A stretch of 64,000 bases of DNA from Ylistrum balloti (Eukaryota): positions 868,001-932,000 of the forward strand of contig NW_026782170.1 of NCBI RefSeq assembly GCF_031769215.1, read 5' to 3'. The notes beneath the pieces are model-generated. The model was not told the DNA's origin, searched no databases, and worked only from the letters and a program-made list of their open reading frames with translations. Below, one piece after another: positions 63,200 to 64,000 of the stretch (its first letter is position 1; every line of letters starts with the position of its first letter). The position numbers were made by a program, and so were the translations under genes.

Positions 63200-64000
63200 G
63201 ATAACAGCCGATCAGGTCACAGCAGCCTCATTAACTATGTGCAGAATTTGCCGATAATCAAACTTGAACAAGGGGTTAAGGTAACAAGTCTACAAAACAA
63301 GTTTCCTTACAATCTAACTATTCTTTCACAAGATAATGTGCAGAAAGATTTCAAATACAGTGTTTAAAGAAATCAGTAATCAGGTTACAGTAGCCTCATT
63401 AACAAAATGCCAAGAATTCTGACAAAAAGCAATTAAACCTAGAAAGTGGGTTGAGGATTCAAGGAACAAATATAGCCTCTCCTCCAAGCATCTTACAGGC
63501 CCAATATCAGCACTCATGGACTTTTGCTTGTTGAGAAGAAGTCGTTTGTATATTTTAACATATTTGACCCCTGTGACCTTGAAAGTGGGTTGAGGTCATT
63601 CATTTGAATAAACTTGGTAGCCTTTCCTCCCAGCATGCTACAGACCCAATATCGGCACTCATAGACTTTTGCTTATTGAGATGAAGTCCTTTGTATATTT
63701 TAACATATTTGACCCCTGTGACCTTGAAAGTGGGCCAAGGTCATTCATTTGAACAAACTTTGTTGGGCTCCATGCCAGCATGCTATGGGCCAAGTATTAG
63801 CCCCCTAGGCCTTCTAGTATTTGAGAAGAAGTTATTTAAAGATTTTGACATATTTGACCCCTGCGACCTTGAAAGTTGTTCAAGGTCATTCATTTAAATA
63901 AACTTGGAAGCCTTTCCTCCCAGCATGCTACAGACCCAATATCGGCACTCATAGACTTTTGCTTATTGAGATGAAGTCCTTTGTATATTTTAACATATTT
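63200..64000. repeat. ~145-bp tandem repeat (probably the HINE-internal gaccttgaaag...aaggtca family), truncated by the window edge
   Basis: cccagcatgctacagacccaatatcggcactcatagac...catattt occurs at ~63629 and ~63919 (290 apart), with related monomers near 63482 and 63772. Confidence 0.8.

Overview
AT-rich eukaryotic genomic DNA with GT-AG introns; the repeat content suggests a bivalve mollusc (inference). No prokaryotic features such as CRISPR arrays or operons are present. Six spliced genes were reconstructed by hand, with splice phases checked at every junction: EME1 (-, runs off the left edge), MRPL27 (+, head-to-head with EME1), an LRRC14/PRAME-family LRR gene (-), MRPS7 (+, divergent from LRRC14), an unnamed 8-exon 323-aa gene (-), and the 3' 17 exons of TMEM94 (-, 5' part not located). 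The unnamed gene is the best novelty candidate. It joins an N-myristoylation motif (MGSVAS), a calcineurin-B/CHP-like EF-hand region with one canonical Ca2+ loop, and a C-terminal death-domain-like module; the ORF track shows only fragments of it. Several tandem repeats start at or span 5' splice sites and carry donor-like motifs, including a ~4.3 kb 39-bp satellite with GTGAGT in most units. Introns and intergenic DNA also hold other minisatellites, Helentron/HINE-like elements, tRNA-derived SINE-like pieces, a MITE and a Tc1 transposase remnant. Gene identities rest on recalled similarity to known proteins, not on database searches.
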